From: Candidatus Woesearchaeota archaeon
Lineage (GTDB): Archaea > Nanobdellota > Nanobdellia > Woesearchaeales > SKGA01
DNA length: 51,118 nt
Direction of reading: 5' to 3'
Assembly (NCBI GenBank): GCA_046546105.1
Contig: JBKGYN010000005.1
Span: 1-51,118, forward strand
The first letter of the stretch is position 1; every line of letters starts with the position of its first letter. This document shows, in pieces, positions 12,016-21,559 of the stretch. Both the position numbers and the translations under genes were made by a program. The notes under the pieces are model-generated. The model searched no databases, was not told where the DNA came from, and saw nothing but the letters and a program-made list of their open reading frames with translations.

Positions 12016-12055
12016 TAGATGATGATGATCATCGCATGCGATGGTTGTCTGATTG
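12016..12055 (+). promoter_or_regulatory. Box C/D-type K-turn in the rpl7ae leader (putative L7Ae autoregulatory site)
   Basis: ATGATGA at 12019-12025 and CTGA at 12049-12052 joined by a continuous ~10-bp stem; TATA TTTATAAA at 11968-11975. Confidence 0.65.
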
Positions 12056-12186
12056 AGGGATTGTGGGATAATTCTTCTCGCAATTCTATTAGGGACGAGC
12101 TTACGATACGAGCATCGTCTCGACATGGAAAAACCCCTTTTGGTGGGGAGATCCAACCAGTTTGAATTACGTTGGAGGTAAATACG

Positions 12187-12507
12187 ATGAGTGAGAAAGC
12201 ATATGAATTTATAGAAGCTGCGAAAAAATCGGGTTCCCTGAAAAAAGGGACTAACGAAGTTACTAAAGCTATCGAGCGTGGAAAGGCTCAATTCGTTGCA
12301 GTGGCTGAAGATGTCAGTCCTAAAGAGATCACCATGCACATCCCGCTTCTTGCAAAGGAGAAAGGAGTGCCTTGCGTGACTGTTCCGTCCCGTGAAGAAC
12401 TTGGTACTGCTGCAGGTCTTGCTGTTCCTAGTGTCGCTATCGCTGTTGTTGACGCTGGAAATGCTAAGGACATGCTCAAAGAGCTCAAGGAAGAGAAAAG
12501 CGAGTGA
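12187..12507 (+). CDS. rpl7ae: 50S ribosomal protein L7Ae
   Basis: KKGTNEVTKAIERG, AEDVSPKEI, LGTAAGL; SD GGAGGT. Confidence 0.97.
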   Translation: MSEKAYEFIEAAKKSGSLKKGTNEVTKAIERGKAQFVAVAEDVSPKEITMHIPLLAKEKGVPCVTVPSREELGTAAGLAVPSVAIAVVDAGNAKDMLKELKEEKSE

Positions 12508-12553
12508 GACTGACTGGCATAGAGCTTGTTATATCACTTGATGATGGAGGGAA

Positions 12554-12835
12554 ATGATCATGGCAAAAGATGCTAAAGGTGGCAAGAAAGGAGATAAGGC
12601 TGCCAGCGGTTCACTTTTCACTGAAGCTGTTCCTGCGACCGTCGAAGAGATTGTCGGACGTACGGGTACACGTGGAGAGGCTATCCAGGTACGGTGTAAA
12701 GTCCTGGAAGGACGAGATAAGAACAAGATCCTCAGACGTAACGTCAAGGGTCCTGTCCAGATCGGCGATACGCTGATGCTGAGAGAGACTGAGATTGAAG
12801 CACGACCTCTTAACAAGGCTGGACGTGGAATCTAG
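12554..12835 (+). CDS. rps28e: 30S ribosomal protein S28e (N-terminally extended; start may be 12560)
   Basis: [19 protein letters not shown] and [11 protein letters not shown] motifs. Confidence 0.95.
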   Translation: MIMAKDAKGGKKGDKAASGSLFTEAVPATVEEIVGRTGTRGEAIQVRCKVLEGRDKNKILRRNVKGPVQIGDTLMLRETEIEARPLNKAGRGI

Positions 12836-12866
12836 ATGTCACGAACAATCACGAAGGTGAAATATC

Positions 12867-13067
12867 ATGGTAGATTGTGATTTTTGCGGGAAAGTAATCC
12901 CTAGCGGCACCGGCAAGATGTTTGTCAAAAAAGACGGTGCTGTAATCAACTTTTGTTCATCTAAGTGCGAGAAGAGCATGAACAATCGCCGGTTCAAGGC
13001 ACGTATCACGCCTTGGACCAAGGAGTTCGCTCAGATCAAGAAGATGAGAAAGGAGAAACAACAATAG
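12867..13067 (+). CDS. rpl24e: 50S ribosomal protein L24e
   Basis: CDFCG...GTGKMFVKKDG...FCSSKC...WT. Confidence 0.95.
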   Translation: MVDCDFCGKVIPSGTGKMFVKKDGAVINFCSSKCEKSMNNRRFKARITPWTKEFAQIKKMRKEKQQ

Positions 13068-13091
13068 ACTCTTGAAGTTGTGAGGGAGATT

Positions 13092-13652
13092 ATGATGGAA
13101 CAGACTTTGGTTTTGCTCAAGCCTGACGCGGTCCAGCGCGGCCTTGTCGGCGAGATTTTGAACCGTTTCGAACGATGTGGTATGAAGATTGTCGCTATGA
13201 AGATGGTGTACGCTTCTGAAGCTATCGCTCTCGAGCATTACGATATGGATGATGACTGGTTCGAGAAAGTGGGTGCTCGTTTGAAGGAGAAGCAGGGATC
13301 TGACAAGGATCCTGTTGAGATAGGTAAGGAAGTGCAGCGGCAGCTTGCAAGCTATATCGCTCACAGTCCGATTATCGCCATGGTTCTCGAGAGCCATAAC
13401 GCGGTCAAGCACGTGCGTAAGCTTGTTGGCGAGACGAGTCCTGAAGAATCTCTGCCTGGCACGATCCGAGGGGATTACAGCTTCGACACCTACGGGCTTG
13501 CTAACGAGTCCAACCGACCTGTGATGAATATCATTCACGCATCCGGGGAAGTCGAAGAGGCAAAAAGGGAGATTAAGGTCTGGTTCAACGATGATGAGAT
13601 CCACAGCTGGAAACGGCTGGAAGAGGATTTCCTTTACATGAAAGATTTGTAA
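13092..13652 (+). CDS. ndk: Nucleoside diphosphate kinase
   Basis: EQTLVLLKPDAVQRGLVGEI, PGTIRGD and NIIHAS motifs. Confidence 0.95.
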   Translation: MMEQTLVLLKPDAVQRGLVGEILNRFERCGMKIVAMKMVYASEAIALEHYDMDDDWFEKVGARLKEKQGSDKDPVEIGKEVQRQLASYIAHSPIIAMVLESHNAVKHVRKLVGETSPEESLPGTIRGDYSFDTYGLANESNRPVMNIIHASGEVEEAKREIKVWFNDDEIHSWKRLEEDFLYMKDL

Positions 13653-13683
13653 AATAAACTAGTAAGTAAGAGGGAGATATACT

Positions 13684-15873
13684 ATGGCAAAAATGGTTGA
13701 CAGGGTCATGACAGTAATGAAAAACCCTGAACGTATTCGAAATATCGCTATTGCAGCTCACATCGATCACGGTAAGACGACACTTTCAGACAACCTGCTC
13801 GCGGGTGCTGGTATGATGAGTGACGAGCTTGCCGGTGACGCGCGTGCGCTTGATTTTCACGAGGACGAGTCCGAACGTGGTATCACTATCGATTCCGCAG
13901 CTGTATCTATGGTTCACGCTATCACTGACAGCGAGGGTCAGGAAGGTAAGGATCACCTTATCAACCTTATCGACACCCCTGGTCACGTTGACTTCGGAGG
14001 AGACGTCAGTCGCGCTATGCGTGCAGTCGATGGGGCCGTTGTTGTCTGCTGTGCTGTCGAGGGCATCATGCCCCAGACAGAAACAGTTCTCAGGCAGGCT
14101 TTGAAAGAGCGTGTCAAGCCGGTTCTGTTCATCAACAAGGCTGACCGTCTTATCAAGGAGCTCAAGTTGTCACCTGAAGCTATGATGGAGCGGTTCACGA
14201 AGATTATCGCTAGTGTCAACAAGTTGATAAGAGAAATCGCTGAGAAAGAGTACGGTGATAAATGGCAGGTTAACGTCCAGGATGGTAGTGTCTGCTTCGG
14301 TAGTGCGTTTCACAACTGGGCTTTGAGCCTTCCGTTCATGAAAAAGCGTGACGTCTCTTTCAAGGAGATCATCGACGCGTATGAGAACGATGATTTCAAG
14401 ACTCTCGGAAAGAAGGCTCCGCTTCACGAGGTTCTTCTTGACGCTAGTATCAAGCACCACCCTGACCCTGTCAACGCTGCTGAGTACAGGATTCCTAAGT
14501 TCTGGCATGGCGATCTTGAATCCCAGACCGGTAAGGATCTGATAGCTGCAAACCCGAAAGGTAACGTGATGTTCGTGGTGACCAAAGTCGTTGTCGATCC
14601 TCAAGCTGGTGAGATTGCGATGGGGCGTTTGTATTCCGGTACGATGAAAAAAGGTCTTTCTGTACGCATGCACAATGCTAAGGCTGATGTGCGGACCCAG
14701 CAGATCTACATCTATAACGGTGCGAAAAAAGAGATTGTCGAGAACGTCCCTGCAGGTAACATCATCGGTGTCGGCGGTTTGAAAGGCGCGTTCCCTGGTG
14801 AGACTGTCTCGCTTCAGGGTGTTGAGTGCGAACCGTTCGAGAAGATCGGTCATATCTTTGACCCCGTCATCACGAAGGCTATCGAAGCTAAAAAGCCAAG
14901 CGACCTTCCTAAACTCGTCGATGTTCTTGTCGAGATATCCAAAGAGGATCCTTCCATCGAGGTCCAGCTCAATCAGGAGACTGGCGAGCACTTGATCAGC
15001 GGCATGGGAGAGCTTCACCTTGAGATTACCGAGAACCGTATCATCAAGGAGAAGGGTGTCGAGATCACAACCACCCCTCCCGTTGTTGTCTACAGGGAAT
15101 CCGTCCAGGATAAGAACGAGAATCCTGCTGAAGGTAAATCCCCTAACAAGCATAACAAGCTTTATTTCACTGTCGAGCCTCTCGGTCAGGAGTTCATTGA
15201 TCGCATGAAAGATGGTCGTATCCCTGAAGGTCGTGTCAAGAAAAAGGACATGGAATTCCGGCAGCAGTTCATCGACGCCGGCATGGATACGAAAGAAGCT
15301 GACAAGGTCAAGGATGTCTTTGAAGGCAACATCTTCGTTGATGGTACTCGTGGTATCGTGCAGATCAACGAGATCATGGGTCTCGTTCTTGATATGTTCG
15401 AGGATGTCATGAATAATGGAAGTCTTGCTGGAGAGCCTTGCTTCGGAGTCAAGGTGACTCTTAATGATGCAAAACTTCACGAAGACGCCATCCACCGTGG
15501 TCCTGCACAGATGTATCCTGCTGTCCGTGAGGGTATCAGGGAAGCTATGCGTAACGCTAAGCCTTTCCTTCTCGAGCCTGTCCAGACGCTTCGTTTCGAA
15601 GCTCCAAGCGAGCATACTGGTGAGATCTCCAAGCTCATCAGCAACAAGCGTGGCCAGCTTCTTGACATGGATGACGACGGCGCTACCGCTACAGTCAAAG
15701 GTAAACTTCCTGTAGGAGAGATGTTTGGTTTGTCAAGCGACCTCCGAAGCGCTACAGGTGGTCGCGGAAGTTCATCTCTTGTCTCTCAGGAATTCGAGAA
15801 ACTTCCTGATGAGCTCCAGGATAAGATCAAGAACCAGATCCGTAGTCGTAAAGGACTCGGCGAGAACGATTAG
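13684..15873 (+). CDS. fusA: Archaeal elongation factor 2
   Basis: AHIDHGKTT, RGITI, DTPGHVDF, NKAD and diphthamide loop HEDAIHRGPAQ. Confidence 0.98.
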   Translation: MAKMVDRVMTVMKNPERIRNIAIAAHIDHGKTTLSDNLLAGAGMMSDELAGDARALDFHEDESERGITIDSAAVSMVHAITDSEGQEGKDHLINLIDTPGHVDFGGDVSRAMRAVDGAVVVCCAVEGIMPQTETVLRQALKERVKPVLFINKADRLIKELKLSPEAMMERFTKIIASVNKLIREIAEKEYGDKWQVNVQDGSVCFGSAFHNWALSLPFMKKRDVSFKEIIDAYENDDFKTLGKKAPLHEVLLDASIKHHPDPVNAAEYRIPKFWHGDLESQTGKDLIAANPKGNVMFVVTKVVVDPQAGEIAMGRLYSGTMKKGLSVRMHNAKADVRTQQIYIYNGAKKEIVENVPAGNIIGVGGLKGAFPGETVSLQGVECEPFEKIGHIFDPVITKAIEAKKPSDLPKLVDVLVEISKEDPSIEVQLNQETGEHLISGMGELHLEITENRIIKEKGVEITTTPPVVVYRESVQDKNENPAEGKSPNKHNKLYFTVEPLGQEFIDRMKDGRIPEGRVKKKDMEFRQQFIDAGMDTKEADKVKDVFEGNIFVDGTRGIVQINEIMGLVLDMFEDVMNNGSLAGEPCFGVKVTLNDAKLHEDAIHRGPAQMYPAVREGIREAMRNAKPFLLEPVQTLRFEAPSEHTGEISKLISNKRGQLLDMDDDGATATVKGKLPVGEMFGLSSDLRSATGGRGSSSLVSQEFEKLPDELQDKIKNQIRSRKGLGEND

Positions 15874-15877
15874 ACCG

Positions 15878-15925
15878 TTCTTCCTTTTTTTCTTTCTTCT
15901 TTCTCTTTTCTGCTCATTTCTTCTT
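15878..15925 (+). terminator. Pyrimidine/T-rich archaeal terminator after the ribosomal protein-EF2 operon
   Basis: TTCTTCCTTTTTTCTTTCTTCTTTCTCTTTTC directly after the stop codon. Confidence 0.55.
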
Positions 15926-15972
15926 CACACGACTTCATTCACAGTTTTTTTAAACCCGGTGTTGTTCTTTTT

Positions 15973-16677
15973 ATGTTGATGGTGTCATCTCAAGATCCTA
16001 TTCTTAAGCAGGCGTTTATAGGCCTCTATCCTGACGCTAAGCGGCTTCCTGAGATGTCGCTCTCCTATTCTGCTCGGTTCAACGAGTATAATGGCAATGT
16101 TCGCATCACAAGTGGCAGGGGTTTCAGGAGGATCGTCTTCCGCCTCTCCCGTTCTTTTGAGGATTGTGATGACGACATCAAAATAGGGATTATCCAGCAT
16201 CTCCTTAACAGAGTTTACAAGACTAGTGTCAAGACTCTCGAGCAGGAGTTCTACGATTCCTTTCTCAAGCACGTCACACGGTATGCCTCGCGTAGCGACA
16301 GCGATCCCTACCTCAAAGCGATGTTTGATGAGCTTAATAAGGAGTATTTCAACGACCTTCTTGAAGAGCCGACCATGGTCTTTGGAACTGACGCGACCAC
16401 CACTCTCGGTCATTATAACTTCACGAAAGATCGGGTGACGATAAGCACTGCCTTGAAACCCCGCCCTGACCTTGTGCGTTACGTCTTGTACCACGAGCTT
16501 CTTCACAAGAAACATTCTTACAAGACAAGTAACGGTCGCGCCAGGTATCACACTCGTGAATTTCGTGTTGATGAGAGAAATTATGCTGATAAGGATATCG
16601 AGAGAAAGCTAGAGAACTTCTTGAAGAACAAGAAGCGCAATCGCATCATGAAAACGCTTCTTGACTGGAAGAGATGA
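15973..16677 (+). CDS. SprT/YgjP-like zinc metallopeptidase-fold protein
   Basis: YVLYHELLH (HExxH) plus downstream HTREF; LGHY motif. Confidence 0.8.
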   Translation: MLMVSSQDPILKQAFIGLYPDAKRLPEMSLSYSARFNEYNGNVRITSGRGFRRIVFRLSRSFEDCDDDIKIGIIQHLLNRVYKTSVKTLEQEFYDSFLKHVTRYASRSDSDPYLKAMFDELNKEYFNDLLEEPTMVFGTDATTTLGHYNFTKDRVTISTALKPRPDLVRYVLYHELLHKKHSYKTSNGRARYHTREFRVDERNYADKDIERKLENFLKNKKRNRIMKTLLDWKR

Positions 16678-16689
16678 TACATCTACCGC

Positions 16690-16911
16690 CAACCCGAACA
16701 CCGTTCCCTACTTCTGTGCCCAGCGCAGCAGACCTAAGACCTCCGTGCATTGAAAAGCTGATCGCAGACTGATCGCTGTCCCCCGAAAACTGTACAGCAG
16801 ACCAAGAACCCTGTAAAGCCAATCCCTGAATAGCCGACCACAGCACCCAGTTCTCTGTTCCCCGCAACCCTGAAATTCGCCGCTCCCTGTCTCCTGTATA
16901 GCTGTTCGCTG
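16690..16911 (+). repeat. Degenerate heptamer tandem repeat filling the gap between convergent genes
   Basis: 6-8-nt units ending in C(A/T/C)G, e.g. ACCACAG CACCCAG TTCTCTG TTCCCCG ... CTCCCTG TCTCCTG. Confidence 0.7.
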
Positions 16912-18105
16912 TTAAAAGAGCGCTTGTAGCATCGGGAAGAATATCAGGAAGAGCACTATGATAAAGAGTAACAACCCCATCTTCGCCCAATACTTGTTTC
17001 CTTTTTCATCGCCGTAGATCCGCCGTAGCGACAGTCTCATCATCTGGCCGCCATCCACCGGTCCGAGAGGTAGGAGGTTGAACGCTCCAAGCCCCAAGCT
17101 CAATATGTGGATCCAGAAAAAGAATTCTCCGAAGAAATGAACCGTATGATACTTCCATGTCGCGATGTCATCCCTTATTCTAGTCTCTAGCCGTGGCTTG
17201 AGTACACCGAGGTATCCTTGTCCTGGTTGTTCAGGGCTTTCCGTAGGTACGACAGTGACTGTTGAGCCGTTTCTCGCTGTGAACGTGACATTCTCTTCGG
17301 GTTCTAGGCTGTTGAGAAACGTTGAGAATGATTGTGTAGAGTTAAGCTCTTTCCCATTCACGTGCGTGTACACCACCCCTGCTTCCAACCCGTATTCTGC
17401 TGCTGGCACGGTCTCATTCTGTAGTTCTGCAAATGAGAAGCCGTCTGGTGTGACCATCGATCCTGTGTTGTTCATGAACGGTATGGGAACGAGTTGTGCG
17501 AATACGAACACGACAAGCAGTCCTGCTACTATCGCTGTCAGCGCGTTGGCAAACGGCCCTGCTGCAAAGATGGAGTACTGTGTGGTATCCGCTGATTTCT
17601 CCACTTTTTTTTCGTCAGGTTCGACGAATGCTCCTGCCAATGGTCCGAAGAACGCGATTCCTGTATTCTTTATAGGGATCTTATGCGCTTTAGCTACAAG
17701 TCCATGGCCTGCTTCGTGGATGACAACGACGATAAAAAGCGGTATGATGACCCATAGCGGTATGGTCAGAGGACTTCCAGGTACATTGACTCCTGGCAGG
17801 ACAAGCGAAACGGCCGCTGGTGCTTTTGGTTGCGTGAATAGTTTGATAAAACCCCGGATGACAAAGATCGATATGTAGATCATTCCCGCGTAACCGATGC
17901 CGATGCCGATATAACCGAGAAGCTTTATGAACTCCCTATATTTCTTTGCATACTTGTTGATAAATCTGATGCCGAATTTCGTTCGGCGGAGCGCTATGAT
18001 GCGCGCCTGGAATTCGAATTTCTTACGATAGACGATTAGAAGTGTTATTATCAGTACATAGAATGATAGTGTCAGCCAGTGATTAGCTAGAAATTCCGAT
18101 ACCAT
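16912..18105 (-). CDS. Site-2 protease (M50) with PDZ-like domain
   Basis: HEAGH, GAFVEP, AGPFAN and NLLPLGPVDGG motifs. Confidence 0.92.
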   Translation of the reverse strand: MVSEFLANHWLTLSFYVLIITLLIVYRKKFEFQARIIALRRTKFGIRFINKYAKKYREFIKLLGYIGIGIGYAGMIYISIFVIRGFIKLFTQPKAPAAVSLVLPGVNVPGSPLTIPLWVIIPLFIVVVIHEAGHGLVAKAHKIPIKNTGIAFFGPLAGAFVEPDEKKVEKSADTTQYSIFAAGPFANALTAIVAGLLVVFVFAQLVPIPFMNNTGSMVTPDGFSFAELQNETVPAAEYGLEAGVVYTHVNGKELNSTQSFSTFLNSLEPEENVTFTARNGSTVTVVPTESPEQPGQGYLGVLKPRLETRIRDDIATWKYHTVHFFGEFFFWIHILSLGLGAFNLLPLGPVDGGQMMRLSLRRIYGDEKGNKYWAKMGLLLFIIVLFLIFFPMLQALF

Positions 18106-18223
18106 GTGTGTCTTTAGCACAAAGGCTTATTTAAAAAACTTCCTAAGGATTTCTTTTGCAAGCGTGACATCTTCCTGAAAGCAACAAAAAGGTTTTTAAA
18201 ACACTATCCTCTTGAGATTTTCC

Positions 18224-18913
18224 ATGGCTTCTCGAAAGAAGAGATTTTCAATAAAAGATTGGTTCAGGAGTGTCTGGCGGTTCTTATGGAAGGATGATTC
18301 TCTGGCTAGCTGGCTTGCTAATATAGTTCTCGCCTTTCTCATCATTAAGTTCATCGTCTATCCAGTACTTTCTGCAATGTTCGGGACGAGCCTTCCGTTA
18401 GTGGCAGTCGTCTCCTGTTCCATGGAGCATCGGTTCACTGACTGTGGTGCTGAAATCTCCCCGGAAGTTCTTTGCTCGTCTCAAGGAGAAGGTGCTGTAA
18501 CCTTTAAGGAATATTGGGAGCATTGCGGCAATTTTTATGAGAAAAACAACATCTCTTACGAGCGTTTCGAATCGTTTCCTTTTGAGGATGGATTCAATAA
18601 AGGCGATGTGATTTTTCTCAAGGGTGAAGAGCCCGTGGATATCCATGTCGGTGACGTCCTCGTATTCGAGGCAGAAATGGAAAATTCCTATCCCATCATC
18701 CATCGTGTGGTCGAGAAGCAAGAGACAGAAGCAGGAGAGTTTGTTTTTGAGACCAAGGGCGATCATAATGCCAAGCAAATCAATAACAGCCGTATCAATG
18801 AGTTTGATATCCGCAAGGACGATATCATCGGCGTTGGTGTTGCCAGGGTCCCTTATGTAGGGTATCTGAAGATCTGGTTTGTCAAGTTCCTATCACTTTT
18901 CGGGTTGGCTTGA
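18224..18913 (+). CDS. Signal peptidase I (Sec11/S26B type)
   Basis: VVSCSMEH (Ser), IIHRVV (His), TKGDHN, VPYVGY. Confidence 0.9.
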   Translation: MASRKKRFSIKDWFRSVWRFLWKDDSLASWLANIVLAFLIIKFIVYPVLSAMFGTSLPLVAVVSCSMEHRFTDCGAEISPEVLCSSQGEGAVTFKEYWEHCGNFYEKNNISYERFESFPFEDGFNKGDVIFLKGEEPVDIHVGDVLVFEAEMENSYPIIHRVVEKQETEAGEFVFETKGDHNAKQINNSRINEFDIRKDDIIGVGVARVPYVGYLKIWFVKFLSLFGLA

Positions 18914-18914
18914 A

Positions 18915-19820
18915 ATGGTTCAGACAACGCTTGTTTACCAAGGAGTCTCGCTTTCTGCACTCGATAGTCTTCCCGCTCACGGTTTCCTAGAGCAAGAGAT
19001 AAAGAGTGAATACGAGCGTTATCGTCTGAAAAAAGGTAAGACCACTCTTGTCTTGTATTCTTCGGGCAAGCTTGTCGTATCAGTTCCTGAAAACAAGGCT
19101 TCTTCTCTTGATATGTTGCTTTCCGGTCAGCTCGGTCTTCGTTTGAAATCTTCTGAAAAAAGCGCAAGAAAGACGTCTGAAAAAACGCTTGCCTCTCCTT
19201 CATCCCTTATTCCTGATGCCAAGTGCCTCATCGGCAGTGATGAGACGCTCAAAGGCGATACTTTTGGCGGTCTTATCGTGTGCGCTTGTCTCCTGTGCGA
19301 TGATGACGAGCCCTCTTTCAGGGAGCTTGGTGTTCGTGATTCCAAGCTTCTTTCTGAGAACGAGATCAGGCGAGTGGCCACCTCCCTTCTTGACAAGTAT
19401 CCTGATAGTTTCACCTGTATCGAGCTTCTCCCTGAAGAGTATAATGCTGAACTCTCTGGAGAACCCCGAAGCACTAAGCTCCTTGATAAGCTTCATGAAT
19501 CTGTCACGAGCGAACTGCATAAATCTCCTGGCGGAAAAGATGTTCCTGTCATTGTTGATAAGTATCCTGGTTGTAGCGTGGGCGATGTCATTCTCGAGCG
19601 TGCTGAATCTCATTGCACTGCCGTTGCTGCAGCTAGTATCGTGGCACGGTTTCATGGTGTGAAGCAGTTCGATCGCTTGTCAGTCCTGGCTGGCTTCAAG
19701 CTTCCCTTCGGCTCTACACATGTCAAAGATGCCTTGCAAGAGTTGAAACGAAAGGGTCTCCCTCCTCAGAAGTTCTGCAAACTGCATTTTTCCAACGTCA
19801 AGAAAGAATTCGGAATGTGA
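18915..19820 (+). CDS. rnhC: Ribonuclease HIII (RNase HII/HIII family with TBP-like N-domain)
   Basis: N-domain YERYRLKKGKTTLVLYSSGKLVV; IGSDETLKGDTFG, GVRDSKLL, VAAASIVAR, KLHFSN. Confidence 0.8.
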   Translation: MVQTTLVYQGVSLSALDSLPAHGFLEQEIKSEYERYRLKKGKTTLVLYSSGKLVVSVPENKASSLDMLLSGQLGLRLKSSEKSARKTSEKTLASPSSLIPDAKCLIGSDETLKGDTFGGLIVCACLLCDDDEPSFRELGVRDSKLLSENEIRRVATSLLDKYPDSFTCIELLPEEYNAELSGEPRSTKLLDKLHESVTSELHKSPGGKDVPVIVDKYPGCSVGDVILERAESHCTAVAAASIVARFHGVKQFDRLSVLAGFKLPFGSTHVKDALQELKRKGLPPQKFCKLHFSNVKKEFGM

Positions 19821-19835
19821 AAAGAAAAAGGATGT

Positions 19836-20804
19836 TCACTCGTTTTCCCTGTCTATATCGAGGATCAGTCTTGCTAGGAGGGCTTCGAGTTGTATGAATT
19901 CATCGCTCCCCTCATTCAGCCGGTGTTCTCCTTCCCCGCATGCATTGACGAATGAGAGTTTGGTCATATTGCTGATGCCCTCAACATTCCAGACCTCTTT
20001 CTGGAGTTGTATGATTATATCAAGACCGCTGAGTCCGTACTCGAGCATGATGTCCAGCAGTGTTTTTTTCGCTTCTTTGAAGTTTTTCCCCTTGCACTGT
20101 TCAAAGACTGTTGTGATCTCTTGTGGTCGTGCCAGTGAGGCTATGGACAGGATTGTCTCTTCTGTTATTGTATCGCCGATGCTCGCTGAACTTTGGAGGA
20201 TGTTCTCTACACGTCTGAGATCGCCGTTGCTTGCCTTGTAGATTGTCTCTTTGGTCTTCTCGTCGATAGAGAGCCCTTCATTTTTTGCGATCGTGTCGAT
20301 GACAGTATAGATGTCTTCTTTTGATAATGGTTTGAATTTGAACACCGCGCATCGTGATTGTATAGGGTCGATAATCTTCGAAGAATAGTTGCATGAGAGT
20401 ATGAATCGGCAGGTGCTCGTGTAGTTTTCCATCGTCCGTCGCAGCGCTTGCTGCGCTTCTTTTGTCAGTGAATCGCACTCATCCAGGTAGATGATCTTGA
20501 ACGGTACATTGCCTAGTGCTTTGGTCCGTGCAAAATCCTTGACCTTCACCCTAACAACATCGATTCCGCGCTCGTCACTCGCGTTGAGTTCGAGAAAGTT
20601 ATCCTTCCAGTTCTCGCCGAAAAGCTGTTTTGCGACCACTAGAGAAAGCGTTGTCTTACCCACCCCTGCAGGTCCCGCGAAGAGTATATGTGGCATGTTC
20701 CCTTTCTTGACAAACGCCTCAAGTTTTCCCACCACATGGGTTTGTCCCTTGACCTCTTCAAACGTGTCAGGACGATATTTTTCCGTCCAGATTGTCGATT
20801 CCAT
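19836..20804 (-). CDS. rfcS: Replication factor C small subunit
   Basis: WTEKYRP, GPAGVGKTT, ELNASDERGID, LDECD, QQALRRTME, SRC; no intein. Confidence 0.96.
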   Translation of the reverse strand: MESTIWTEKYRPDTFEEVKGQTHVVGKLEAFVKKGNMPHILFAGPAGVGKTTLSLVVAKQLFGENWKDNFLELNASDERGIDVVRVKVKDFARTKALGNVPFKIIYLDECDSLTKEAQQALRRTMENYTSTCRFILSCNYSSKIIDPIQSRCAVFKFKPLSKEDIYTVIDTIAKNEGLSIDEKTKETIYKASNGDLRRVENILQSSASIGDTITEETILSIASLARPQEITTVFEQCKGKNFKEAKKTLLDIMLEYGLSGLDIIIQLQKEVWNVEGISNMTKLSFVNACGEGEHRLNEGSDEFIQLEALLARLILDIDRENE

Positions 20805-20835
20805 CACTACCCCCATAACCCCGACCGTTTTATAA

Positions 20836-21002
20836 TACTTTTGGATTACGAAGTAAACCAAAAGTTACGAACGCAGTGAGTGCAGTTTTGATTTGCAAAG
20901 CAAGCCAGAAGTCACGAGCGAAGTAAGTACACTTTTGGATTCGAGTGAATGCAATGAAACGAGAAGCAAAAGTTACGAACGCAGTGAGTATACTTTTGGA
21001 TT
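20836..21002. repeat. Array of alternating inverted repeats with GNA mini-hairpins (REP/BIME-like)
   Basis: ACTTTTGGATT x3, plus a 23-bp exact repeat CAAAAGTTACGAACGCAGTGAGT at 20859-20881 and 20967-20989. Confidence 0.75.
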
Positions 21003-21081
21003 GGTTGGTGGAATTGAGAACCAGCACTTGTTAAATTTCAAGGACCTGAAAGATAAAGTGAAAAGGAAAAGACAGGAGCGC

Positions 21082-21345
21082 TTATATGATGTCTTCTTCG
21101 GAGACCACCATGAAATCTCCCATTGCGATGACCGCGCTGAAAGGAATCAGAGGATCTCCTTCTTTTGTTTTCTCGAGTTCAAGTTTTTTCGTATACACGG
21201 TCGGTTCTTTCAACACTATGTGGATGAGTTCCCCAGATGATGTTTCGAATATGATGTCGCCTACTTCTCCGAATCGTTTCCCTGTTTTTGAAACGACTGT
21301 CTTATTGATGAGTTGTTTGGAAAATTTCTTCTCGTCATCAGCCAT
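21082..21345 (-). CDS. PRC-barrel protein (CdpB-like)
   Basis: LINKTVVSKTGKRFGEVGDIIFETSSGEL...IPFSAVIAMGDFMVV. Confidence 0.85.
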   Translation of the reverse strand: MADDEKKFSKQLINKTVVSKTGKRFGEVGDIIFETSSGELIHIVLKEPTVYTKKLELEKTKEGDPLIPFSAVIAMGDFMVVSEEDII

Positions 21346-21559
21346 TTTGCTCAAAACCCCTCACGTGTATAACCGCTTGTGAAATGGATTAATATGCAGA
21401 AGTGATGCGTTTAGTATCCTCTTACGCGTCACCCTACTACCTATCTGTGTATCAACATCAAAGAGTATTTAAATGTTTCGCATTCGAGCGGTATATTTTC
21501 GCATCATCACGCTAATAGAGAGAAAAGGCAAATGGAAAAAAAAGAAAATAAACAGGGTT

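Noticed and set aside
12505-12550. Second K-turn (CTGA...TGATGA) before rps28e
   Set aside because: Flanking stems pair poorly, so it cannot be supported.
14170-15615. 481-aa antisense ORF
   Set aside because: It lies wholly opposite EF-2 and is a codon-bias shadow with no motifs. The same applies to other antisense ORFs such as 5905-6696, 12957-13604, 17165-17878 and 40709-41503.
16646-16990. Short ORFs over heptamer tracts (also 46446-46655 and 46521-46835)
   Set aside because: They are translations of low-complexity repeats with no start signals.
20836-21002. Mini-CRISPR
   Set aside because: Units alternate in orientation and the intervening sequences are themselves related hairpins, not unique spacers.
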